Shown here: positions 24,469 through 34,078 of the stretch, in pieces
Numbering within the stretch: the first letter of the stretch is position 1
How the letters are laid out: the number at the start of each line of letters is the position of its first letter
NCBI GenBank assembly: GCA_040437565.1
Contig: JBDOQK010000012.1
Span: 496,001-560,000 of the forward strand
Reading direction: 5' to 3'
From: Albugo candida
Lineage: Eukaryota
Length of the DNA stretch: 64,000 bases
Program-made: the position numbers and the translations under genes
The notes under the pieces: model-generated
The model's input: the letters and a program-made list of their open reading frames with translations, nothing else
Database searches by the model: none
What the model was told of the DNA's origin: nothing

Positions 24469-27400
24469 TCACATGAGAGCACACGGCTTTTCATCCGTTC
24501 GTTGTTCCAAACAAGTGTCCAGTTGACCCGTTAGAGTGGGAGCAGCTGCAAATGCGAAATTTCGTTTAAAGTACCCACATAGAAGTCGATGTTCCTTGCG
24601 CAAAAGTTCGTATGTCTTGTCGACTATTATATATACATACTCGCATGTGGGCAGGGAAGTTTGAGTGGCTTTATATGCATGCTCGCATGCAACTTGAAGG
24701 CGAAAGGCGACTGTGGAAATGCGTAATGCAGCGACATATGCCGATGATCCTTTCAAAGTATGCGCATCTCGTTGAATCAATGAGAAGTCCCTGGAGTGAT
24801 ACGACAATTCAATCCGAGACATGATCTGATCACAATTGACCCAAAACTTTTCCAGTAAATTGACAAATAAGTCTTCATGGCCACCACATTGCTCCACACC
24901 AAGCGCGTAATTGATTGGATCTCCTTCGGGAATGGTAATGTCAAGAGGGTCGATGCTGGTGGACGCAGGCGAATCTAAGAATATGTGAACAGATTGTTCT
25001 GAATCAGGAATCCTTGGAACTTCCTTTCTATGTGGTAACGGACTCAAAGCGTCTTGTTGGCGCCCTACCCGATCATCGGGATTGTGAGTCTGTAGTTGGT
25101 GACGAGCTCGATCGCAGCTTTGAGTATCTCTTTGATCATGCTGCAATAAAATATCGCTTATAGATTCAAATGGGATCATTTTTTCCCTCTCTGCACTGCC
25201 TCGATGTTTCTCCTTACTCGGCANNNNNNNNNNNNNNNNNNNNNNNNNNNNNNNNNNNNNNNNNNNNNNNNNNNNNNNNNNNNNNNNNNNNNNNNNNNNN
25301 NNNNNNNNNNNNNNNNNNNNNNNATCGGGATTGTGAGTCTGTAGTTGGTGACGAGCTCGATCGCAGCTTTGAGTATCTCTTTGATCATGTTGCAATAAAA
25401 TATCGTTTATAGATTCAAATGGGATCATTTTTTCCCTCTCTGCACTGCCTCGATGTTTCTCCTTACTCGGCACTGGTGGATGACTCCACAATGTCGGGTT
25501 GTTTTCTGAAGACATGTGTCGATGCGATTTTTGACGACGAACTTTATTACGCGCTCGACCGAAAAAGCTTTCTCGATCTGAATTTTGCCTGGATCGAGAC
25601 CTTTGTGACTGATTATGACTTGGAATCATTTGCTTCATTTCCTCGTTTTGTTTGCCACTCTTTTCTTCTTCGTTAGAGTTTCTATCGACAGTATTATGGA
25701 AAGCAGCCGGAAGCGTTGCTGACAAAATGGAGTCTCGGTGGGTCTTCCATGCTGTGTAAAATATAGAGTCTCCGAGCGATGAGCGCAATGATAGAGACTG
25801 GTTTGCTGTCGACGATCCACAGCTGAAAATACTGTTGACACCACTTCGGAAGGAATACGTTCCTTGCTGATACTGCGAAGCAGCAACTGGGTTATCCATC
25901 TCTAAATTTGAGATTGCACTCGCCAAATCTAATTGCTGCATGTGGTGTGAGGCTGGCATTAGGCCTGGTTCTGACTGCTCGGAGACTTGTTCCGTTCGCC
26001 TGTAAAGCTTCTTACCATCACAGAGCGCGACATGTGGTGCGACTGGGTACTTTGGTGACGGCGATAATGTCGCTCGGGCAAGTGCATTCCCACTTCGCTC
26101 GAATAGACGTGGAGACGGAATTGTCGTGACTCGAAGACCATCGCATTTGGACTTGGTGTACGGCTCAGGGTTTGTAATTGCCGATCTCATCTCTGTGAGG
26201 TCATCGCCCGAGATCGGAGAAATTGGTCGGAAGATATTCGACTGCATATCAAGGCCAAGATACTTGGCCCTCCTCCAATGTCGAACAGCTTTTCGCAACG
26301 TCACCTTTGAAATCGGCTTGACAATAAATTCATCCATGCCTGCATCAACGCATTTTTGACGATCGCCACTCATGGCATAGGCCGTCAAACCAAGAATTGG
26401 TACTCGTGGAAGACTGTATTCAGCCTCGTATTGTCGAATCAGGCGTGTCGCTGTATATCCATCCATCACTGGCATCTCACAATCCATAAAGATCATATCA
26501 AACTTTGCATTATCCTTAGCATACGCTTGGACAGCTTGCTGACCATTGGCTTCCCATTGTAGTAGATGATCATCCTCTTGAAGATAACATTTCACAACTT
26601 CCCAATTAAACTCGTTGTCCTCGACAACTAAGATGTGCGCTTGATTCGGCACCACGCTGACCGGAATCGATATTGATTCCAAGCTGCTACTGCAATCTCC
26701 TTTAATCGTATTTGAATGTTGCTCGTCTTCAGATAGATATGCTGCTGCTTTGGATATGACGAGATCAATATTCTCCGAATACAAATCGTCATCAGCACGA
26801 TGAAGGATCAGTTGTTCTTCATCCAGCAACCTCACAATCACTGTAAAGTAAAAGTTGGAGCCTTGATTAAGCTCACTTGCCACATCAATTGCTCCGTCCA
26901 TCAACTCGACTAGCTGTTTGCATATTGCCAGCCCCAAGCCCGATCCTGTCGGATTATTTGGTCGAGTTCTCTCTAGCTTTGAAAAAAGACAAAAAAGCCT
27001 CGAACGATCCTCAGCATCCATGCCCACCCCAGTGTCAATGACCTGGAACAAGAGTTTTTTGAATTGTGGTGGTAATGCCGGCTCATCAACAACGCTACAT
27101 GCCACCGTGATAGATCCTTCCGATGTGAACTTGATCGCATTAGACAGCAGATTGAGCAAAATTTGACGTAGACGCACAACGTCTCCGATGACTTGTTTTG
27201 GTACGTCATCACTGCACTCTTGTTGCAGTAGAATGTTTCGTTCTCGAGCTTTAAATTGGAATATCTCAATTGAATAGTCCAGCAGATCATTCATATGGAA
27301 CGGAGCCGCAGTGATTTCCATGTGGCCAGTCTCAATCTTGGACAGATCTAGAATGTCATTGATCAAATTAAGTAGCAATGAGCCTGACACATACGCCATA

Positions 27401-30400
27401 TGCACATGACGTTCAGAATCTCTATCCAGCCCTCTTTTATCCTTTAATAGTTCCAGCATTCCCAGGATGCTGTTGAGTGGTGTGCGTAACTCATGGCTGA
27501 AAGACGCAAGAAAATTCACTTTGGCTTCTTCCATGTACTTACGAGCTGTATAATCTTGTCCAACTCCAATAGCACCCCGGATGTTTCCATGCATGTCTTT
27601 CTTACTGGAGGCATTAACCAGCAAAAGCAGGTAGAAACCTTGTTTTGTCGTCATCGGTAGTTCCATCTCCCCAATATCGACGCCAGTCAGCGCTTGATTT
27701 AATAGTTGACGCACTTGCATTCGATTTTCAGGAATAACAAATGTATTCACAAGTGAAAGACCGAGTACACAAGACTTGACGTACCCTGTGATTTCCTCAA
27801 TCTTTTGATTCCATTCATTGATATTTCCATTCTTATCGACGCCGAAGATAGGAGCATTGGCAGTGTCAATCAAATGAAAGTACTCATGCTCTTGAGCAAT
27901 TCGATCCGTGATATCTTGTCCGATTCCAACAACGCCAACTATGTTGCCATTAGAATCCATCCGAGGTGTGGCATTAAGCAGGATCTCAATTCGCGTGCCC
28001 GGCCGAGTAATCAAAGGGAATTCAAAATTCGCGGTTTGGATACCTTTCAACGCCTTTGAAAGTACATCGGCGACAATTGGGCGGTATTCAGGTGATATGA
28101 ATGTCTCGACCAAATTCTCACCCATCACTTCGTCAATGGAGTAGTTGGTAATTTGAGCTGCTTTTTTGTTCCATATATTCACACACATGGTGGCATCCAC
28201 ACCAAAGATAGGCGCGTTGGCCGTATCGATCAACCGAGAATACTCGTGCTCTTGGGCGATTCGGTCCGAGATATCCTGGCCTATCCCCACCATACCTACA
28301 ACACGACCATGTTCATTGAATCGAGAAGTTGCATTCAAAAGAATGTCCACGCGACGATCAAGTTTAGTGATCAACGGAAACTCGAAATTAACTGTTTCAA
28401 CGCCATCGAATGCTTTTTCAAGCACAGATTGAACCGCATCTTTGTACTCATCCGTGATGAATTTTTCCAGCTTCTCACCCAACACTTCAGATGATGTGTA
28501 CTGAGTGATTTCAGCTGCTTTCTTGTTCCAAATAGTCACGCATCCATAGGTGTCAACACCGAAGATCGGGGCGTTTGCTGTGTCAATCAGTCGAGAATAC
28601 TCGTGTTCCTGGGTTATACGCTCAGATATGCCCTGGGCGATCGCTACGACTCCAGTCCTTTCATCAAATCGGTCATATCGTGCGGTTACATTCAATGATA
28701 CACTTACGAATCGACCGCTCTTTGTGATAAGAGAGACAACGTAATTCGAAGTATCATCACCGTTCAACGCTCTTGTAATTACATCTGCAAAGTCATCGCG
28801 ATACTCGCCTGCGATGAAATTGTCCACGAGTTTTTCACCGAAGACTTCGCGACTAGAATATTGTGTGATCTCTACAGCTTTCTTATTCCACATATTGATC
28901 TGGCCGTTGATATCGACGCCAAAGATTGGTGCATTAATGTGGTCGATAAGCCGATAGAAGTCCCGTTCTAAAGCCGCGCGATTCGAGATGCCCTTACGGG
29001 ACCTCACCACATCTCTTATGGATTGTGAAAGCTCATTCGGAAGGTGCGGAAAATATCGGGTGTTCATTCGAGTGAATGTTGGACTTGTGTCAGCTCCATC
29101 TGAAGTATTTGGGAAGACCTCTGTCAAATCACTGACATCCATTTCCGACGCTGGTGCGGCGTATGCATCATTTCTATCGCAGACAATCTCGCGATCGAGC
29201 TTGTTGTTGTTGAACAGCGACCTGCGCGCGCTTTCTTTGAATCTGCAGCGTTTAACTATCAAAGCCTCTTCCTGAGCCAAATCCTTGTTGATACAATTAG
29301 CAATAAAGTGAGGAGAAAATGGTCTTTTGATCTTACGACAGCCGAAATGGAAGTCGATAGTACGCATGTTTTTGAAAAATAGCTCTTTTGGCGAGTATTC
29401 TGAGATTTCTATGATCTTTCTGCTCCGGGTGATCGCTAGAATGTTCATGTGGTCGTCAGTAAATAGTATAAATGAATCACTCTCCGCTCGGCGATGCCCC
29501 TGCGTTAGCCTAATCCAAGCACAATGATATCGGACGAAAGCTCTCTTGTCGTATCTTGACATAGGCGTCAAGGCTTTATAGACTGATACGACATGCTTCG
29601 TTGACGAAATTACGCTTGAGTCGAGTGAGAGGGCAAAACATTGTGTCTTGCTTTGTCCGTGTTTAGCTAGTGCAATCACAGCGCCGGGCTTATTTGCTTG
29701 ATCGTCTCGTATCTTTTTGCAAGCTTGAGCCACAACAGTACTTGATTTACTCGAGTTACTACCAGAAAAACCATGCTCAGTTAAAAGATTCTTGATCTGA
29801 TCAATATTGTACTTCCAGGCGGTCTGCACATGACAGTCTACAACAATGACGAGCCTGTCCACTGTATCATGAAGTGAAGTGTTATTCCCGAGCCAATGAC
29901 TTTGCTTGATAAATATGTCGATAATAGGATCCTCTAGTGCGTGCGATGGCAGGTGGTATTGGCAATTCATAAAGGACCTTTCAACAAAAAAATTTCGAGG
30001 GATAATCTCTTGATTTGCGAATGTTTTGTTTGCAAATCTATATACCGAAAAGTCGCTATTTTGTGCCTTCAAAATGGTCGTTCCTTTGTCACGCAGCTCT
30101 AATGATGATGATTGAGGGTCGCTGTTACCCACTATATTAGAGGCTTCATTCCATCTCGAGAATCTTCGCTTTTTGGTTGGTTCGGATTGTGCCATTGGTA
30201 TCCCAACCTGTTGCGAATCACGTTCCAAATTTCCAATGTTCTCCTCACCATAAGCACTCTCTTGAGACACGATGCCGCATATCCCGTTCAGCTTTCCAGA
30301 TTCGCGAAGAGATATAAACTTCAAAGTAAACCGAAGGGTCCCTTCTTGGGCATTTTGCTGATTAAAGTGCATCATAACGCCTGATTGTACATCTTTCGTG

Positions 30401-30681
30401 CTCGCAATTTTCAAATAATTGGTCACGTCGTCTTCATCCAGCAATGTATACTTACTGATCTGCTGGTGGGTAACCAAGTGCTTACTCCAACCTGTGAGAG
30501 ACTGTAGACGAAAGCTCCAAAATTGGATGATACCAGATAAGTCAATGATGAACGCTGGAATCATTGCAGCATTTAGGATCGCGTGAACACAGCTGTCAGA
30601 ATAGACACTTTTTATCGCTTTTCCATTGATTTTGGCCTGGGCGGAGTATATCGACGACTGATCATCTAAATTGGATAGCAT
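24469..30681 (-). CDS. Soluble hybrid sensor histidine kinase: PAS, unknown region, 4xPAS, HisKA, HATPase, REC, HPt
   Basis: Repeats of RLIDTANAPIFGVD..WNKKA; SHELRTPL; NLLSNAIKFT; DTGVG; GSGLGLAIC; VEDN..MDCEMPVMDG..KP; AHTLKGSS. 83 codons are a gap artefact (25075-25323). Confidence 0.93.
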   Translation of the reverse strand: MLSNLDDQSSIYSAQAKINGKAIKSVYSDSCVHAILNAAMIPAFIIDLSGIIQFWSFRLQSLTGWSKHLVTHQQISKYTLLDEDDVTNYLKIASTKDVQSGVMMHFNQQNAQEGTLRFTLKFISLRESGKLNGICGIVSQESAYGEENIGNLERDSQQVGIPMAQSEPTKKRRFSRWNEASNIVGNSDPQSSSLELRDKGTTILKAQNSDFSVYRFANKTFANQEIIPRNFFVERSFMNCQYHLPSHALEDPIIDIFIKQSHWLGNNTSLHDTVDRLVIVVDCHVQTAWKYNIDQIKNLLTEHGFSGSNSSKSSTVVAQACKKIRDDQANKPGAVIALAKHGQSKTQCFALSLDSSVISSTKHVVSVYKALTPMSRYDKRAFVRYHCAWIRLTQGHRRAESDSFILFTDDHMNILAITRSRKIIEISEYSPKELFFKNMRTIDFHFGCRKIKRPFSPHFIANCINKDLAQEEALIVKRCRFKESARRSLFNNNKLDREIVCDRNDAYAAPASEMDVSDLTEVFPNTSDGADTSPTFTRMNTRYFPHLPNELSQSIRDVVRSRKGISNRAALERDFYRLIDHINAPIFGVDINGQINMWNKKAVEITQYSSREVFGEKLVDNFIAGEYRDDFADVITRALNGDDTSNYVVSLITKSGRFVSVSLNVTARYDRFDERTGVVAIAQGISERITQEHEYSRLIDTANAPIFGVDTYGCVTIWNKKAAEITQYTSSEVLGEKLEKFITDEYKDAVQSVLEKAFDGVETVNFEFPLITKLDRRVDILLNATSRFNEHGRVVGMVGIGQDISDRIAQEHEYSRLIDTANAPIFGVDATMCVNIWNKKAAQITNYSIDEVMGENLVETFISPEYRPIVADVLSKALKGIQTANFEFPLITRPGTRIEILLNATPRMDSNGNIVGVVGIGQDITDRIAQEHEYFHLIDTANAPIFGVDKNGNINEWNQKIEEITGYVKSCVLGLSLVNTFVIPENRMQVRQLLNQALTGVDIGEMELPMTTKQGFYLLLLVNASSKKDMHGNIRGAIGVGQDYTARKYMEEAKVNFLASFSHELRTPLNSILGMLELLKDKRGLDRDSERHVHMAYVSGSLLLNLINDILDLSKIETGHMEITAAPFHMNDLLDYSIEIFQFKARERNILLQQECSDDVPKQVIGDVVRLRQILLNLLSNAIKFTSEGSITVACSVVDEPALPPQFKKLLFQVIDTGVGMDAEDRSRLFCLFSKLERTRPNNPTGSGLGLAICKQLVELMDGAIDVASELNQGSNFYFTVIVRLLDEEQLILHRADDDLYSENIDLVISKAAAYLSEDEQHSNTIKGDCSSSLESISIPVSVVPNQAHILVVEDNEFNWEVVKCYLQEDDHLLQWEANGQQAVQAYAKDNAKFDMIFMDCEMPVMDGYTATRLIRQYEAEYSLPRVPILGLTAYAMSGDRQKCVDAGMDEFIVKPISKVTLRKAVRHWRRAKYLGLDMQSNIFRPISPISGDDLTEMRSAITNPEPYTKSKCDGLRVTTIPSPRLFERSGNALARATLSPSPKYPVAPHVALCDGKKLYRRTEQVSEQSEPGLMPASHHMQQLDLASAISNLEMDNPVAASQYQQGTYSFRSGVNSIFSCGSSTANQSLSLRSSLGDSIFYTAWKTHRDSILSATLPAAFHNTVDRNSNEEEKSGKQNEEMKQMIPSHNQSQRSRSRQNSDRESFFGRARNKVRRQKSHRHMSSENNPTLWSHPPVPSKEKHRGSAEREKMIPFESINDILLQHDQRDTQSCDRARHQLQTHNPDXXXXXXXXXXXXXXXXXXXXXXXXXXXXXXXXXXPSKEKHRGSAEREKMIPFESISDILLQHDQRDTQSCDRARHQLQTHNPDDRVGRQQDALSPLPHRKEVPRIPDSEQSVHIFLDSPASTSIDPLDITIPEGDPINYALGVEQCGGHEDLFVNLLEKFWVNCDQIMSRIELSYHSRDFSLIQRDAHTLKGSSAYVAALRISTVAFRLQVACEHAYKATQTSLPTCEYVYIIVDKTYELLRKEHRLLCGYFKRNFAFAAAPTLTGQLDTCLEQRTDEKPCALM

Positions 30682-30943
30682 CGCATACCTATTGTACCAA
30701 AACACTCAGAACTGTTAAGGAGAGAATGCTATTGTGATCAGCGAGTATTTTTTGCGATAAAATAGAAAAACGACAGCGCCATGTTCCATATAAAGAGCAA
30801 GGTCTCACGCCTTTACGACCGAATGGCTGCTGACTCTGCATCTTGACCTTTATTTATCCAATCATGTGAGACTCTGGACGGATGGATCATCTTGAAGTTG
30901 ATCAGCTGCTTGGCTATATATGTAATTGTGCTATATGCATCAA

Positions 30944-33374
30944 ATGGACGAACTTGCACAAAATGTGGCAAATCTCCGAATTTGTGCAGAGAGTAGTGCT
31001 CACCAGAAACAGGATAAACCTTTTGGTAATAGTGAGAATGATTCTCTTGAGACGACGCTCTACGTATCGTACAAAAGTCAAGTCGAGAGAGCGTTAACGA
31101 TCGTAGAAGAACAAGACCAAATTTGCTATCAGATCATGCAGTTTACGACCGCAAAAGGAGTCAAAAATGCCATGTACCACAGTCTTTTCAATCAAGTAAG
31201 CTCTGGAAAATTGACCGTACTACAGAAATGGTTCCAAACTGGCGTACTTCCAACACGAGATGGCTTGAAACATTGGTTTTTTGATGCTCGAAATCTTCGC
31301 AATACGAGTGGATCAACGCTACTTCATGTTGCGTGTGATGTCTCTATGACGCGTGCCTGTGCAAAGATCTCAGTTGTAAAATTTCTTTTGGATAAAGTTG
31401 GATTTGATGTGAATGTCCGCGATTTGGTATTAGAAAAGTCGAATGAGAAGTATGGATTTCTGTAATCGCTTTTGCGTAGCTGGGAAGAACACCTTTACAC
31501 GTTGCGGGGTTGAATGGATACAAAGAGGTCGGCAACATCAAATTCTATATTGGATATATATTGGCTGACGTTTGGGCATTGCGAATAGCTCGTGCAATGT
31601 TTGCTCGAGCGTGGAGCAGATGCCATGCTGCAGGATCGTTCAGGACTTCGACCACTGGCACTGGTCAATACGCTCTCCCGTCCACATGAAGAAATAGTAA
31701 CCGTACTGACGATACAACAGGCACGAAGTAGGTCGCATGGTGATCGTAATGGAACTATTCCTGACTAATCGATGTATACGTGGCAGAACCCGGGTCTTTA
31801 GCTCTGACGGTCTCTAAGGAGGTATACATTGTGGAAAGTAATCGAAGATATCATTCACCACGGCTCTGCTCATAGCAAGCGAAAGCCTCGGCGGCATTCT
31901 TACGTTTTCTTTCGTCTTACATCATTGAAGATTGTCGAAGCAAAGTCGAAATGCAAGTGTCTGGTTTGATAGAGCACTTAAAGTGTAAGCTCTTCGTTTT
32001 CCTTGCTGCGCTTACGTTTAGTGATGTTCCTTTCAAGCTACCTCAACGACCATCTACTTTGATGAATTACTGGTACGATACATCCCGATTCTTTTCAAAG
32101 AAACGACAAATTGTAGCCAAGTGATCGACATGATGACACCAGACACCTTTAAAGACCCAATTTTTATTTCAGAGCTCCGAACGGAATCTTTTGCGCATCA
32201 CATTTCACTTGTAACATCTCATATCACCAATACAATATCAAACTCACTTTGGGTTGGAATGCTGTTGCATTTGGCACAACGCGTTCGCGATCAAGTAGGA
32301 GAATTCGCCCAAAATAAACTCAATGAAGATTCTGCTAGAGAGTATCAGATCAGGTCTGAAGCCTCTGAACACTCCGTGAAAACATCCACCCATCCTGACA
32401 GCCGCACGTGGCTCTCTTCACATCCGTTCCGTCAGTTATGGCACTACGCAATTCTGTTCCGAGCAGCATCCAAACCGTTCCCTAGTGATGTCCATGTACA
32501 AAATGGTGAATCATTCATTCAATGTGTTCGTGACGTCTCTGAGCTGTTCCCGCTGGATGAGTTCCTTCTCGTTGGAAAGAACGAATACGTCGCTTGCAGC
32601 TATGATTCAGCAAAACGTGTTATCGTCCTAGGTGCATATCTTTGCCTTGCGCAATGAGATATCAGGCACTGAGCTTTGATATGGCTAGACCGCCCGTATG
32701 AAGGAGAATCGGCGTCTTCAATCCGGATCTATCTGCGGGGTTCCGAGCGCTTACAGCACTCTTACATCGCGGTCAAGTGCATTTGGGAACGCGAGCCTGG
32801 CAACAACTATGATGATGCGAGCCGTGAACAGGTATCTTCGCTTCAGCCATTAGAATCACAACTCAGCATCCTATTGACTTAGGAAGTTTTTTTGGACTAC
32901 CAATTCCTTCCTCCACAAAGTTACCACGAAGTCGCTGCAAAAGTTGGTCCATTCGACAATGTCAAAGCGGCTCGTGAGTTTGCAGCAGTTTGGAGACAAC
33001 AAAGCCGAGCAGCCTTTATGGAAAAAAGGTCGTATATTTGTCGTATTGCTGAACGGCTATACTCACTTGCGCGGCCTCTAGCTGTCAGAGCCAGACGTCT
33101 ACCTGCAAGGTTGCATGCCCACAGCTGAAAGGATCTTCGCCAGTACGTTGATTTCCCTCTGAAAAAGTGCAATCACAATTCATCCTTTCAATAGTGCACA
33201 GAAAACATGATCAGTATCGCAAAACAGCTCGCCACAAAGCATCTTGGTCGTGCTACATTCTGTCAGGTTCGTGTCGCTTGATTCATTCCACACAGCTCTT
33301 ACGAGAGTAAACTGTAGGTACAACCCGCACGAGCTTTGGTCGAAAAGCTTCAAAACGGTGATCTCAAAGTTTAA
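30944..33374 (+). CDS. Multi-exon ankyrin-repeat protein; start and last exons uncertain
   Basis: GSTLLHVAC, FDVNVRD/GRTPLHVA, LLERGADAMLQDRSGLRPL across GT-AG introns. Confidence 0.65.
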
Positions 33375-33463
33375 GATATCGCCGGCAATTTGTATTGATC
33401 TCGACCGGTATAAAGGACCAAGCGGAACCTTTACTTGATTATATTCACTATTAGTCTCTCTAT

Positions 33464-33999
33464 TTACTCTTGATGTCGACCACGAATACGACGGGCAAGC
33501 TGAATATCCTTGACCATCAATGTAACGCGCTTGGAATGAATTGCGCAAAGATTTCTATAAAAAAAACATTCTTTATGTTGAAACAAAGGTTGTATCGGGA
33601 GACTTACGCATCTTCAAATAGTCGCACGAGATGCGCCTCAGCTGCTTCTTGAAGCGCTAAAAGCGCCTCTGCTTGCCATCGAAATGGACGGTTTGCATAT
33701 TGCATTTGTATGTCGCGTACCAATCTGGCGAATGGGAGTTTTCGGATGAGAAGTTCCGTACTTCGTTGATAGTATCGGATTTCGCGCAAGGCAACGGATC
33801 CCGGGCGAAATCGCCGTTTCTGAGTGGTGGTTGTCTTTGATGCACCGCCTTTGATGGGCGGAGCGGTTCGCATCGGGGTTGACTTGCGTGGTCGCTTCTT
33901 CACCGAAGTGCTTTTCTGTTCCGATTCATCGTCGCTATTGCTGCTAGTGGACGATGTCCGTCTTTTGGATGGTGGCGTACGATACGGTGAAGGCGCCAT
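33464..33999 (-). CDS. CENH3: Centromeric histone H3 variant; intron 33555-33607
   Basis: Histone fold with FARLVR (Q68A), FRWQ (F84W), EDAN (T107A), loop 1 one residue longer, divergent N-tail; second exon [25 protein letters not shown]. Confidence 0.92.
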
Positions 34000-34078
34000 T
34001 TTTGAAAACCAAAAAGAGGCACCTCCCGTTATTTATACTTTATACTTTTCTTTAGTAATCACTAAATGCGATCTGTTC

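Noticed and set aside
25075-25472. Apparent 50-aa repeat in the kinase linker
   Set aside because: Flanks an N-gap with only two SNPs: allelic contig overlap
26126-30384. Numerous plus-strand ORFs antisense to the histidine kinase
   Set aside because: Shadow ORFs of a long coding sequence with no independent motifs
33604-33999. Truncated or canonical histone H3
   Set aside because: A 53-nt intron supplies the missing C-terminus, and diagnostic residues indicate CENH3
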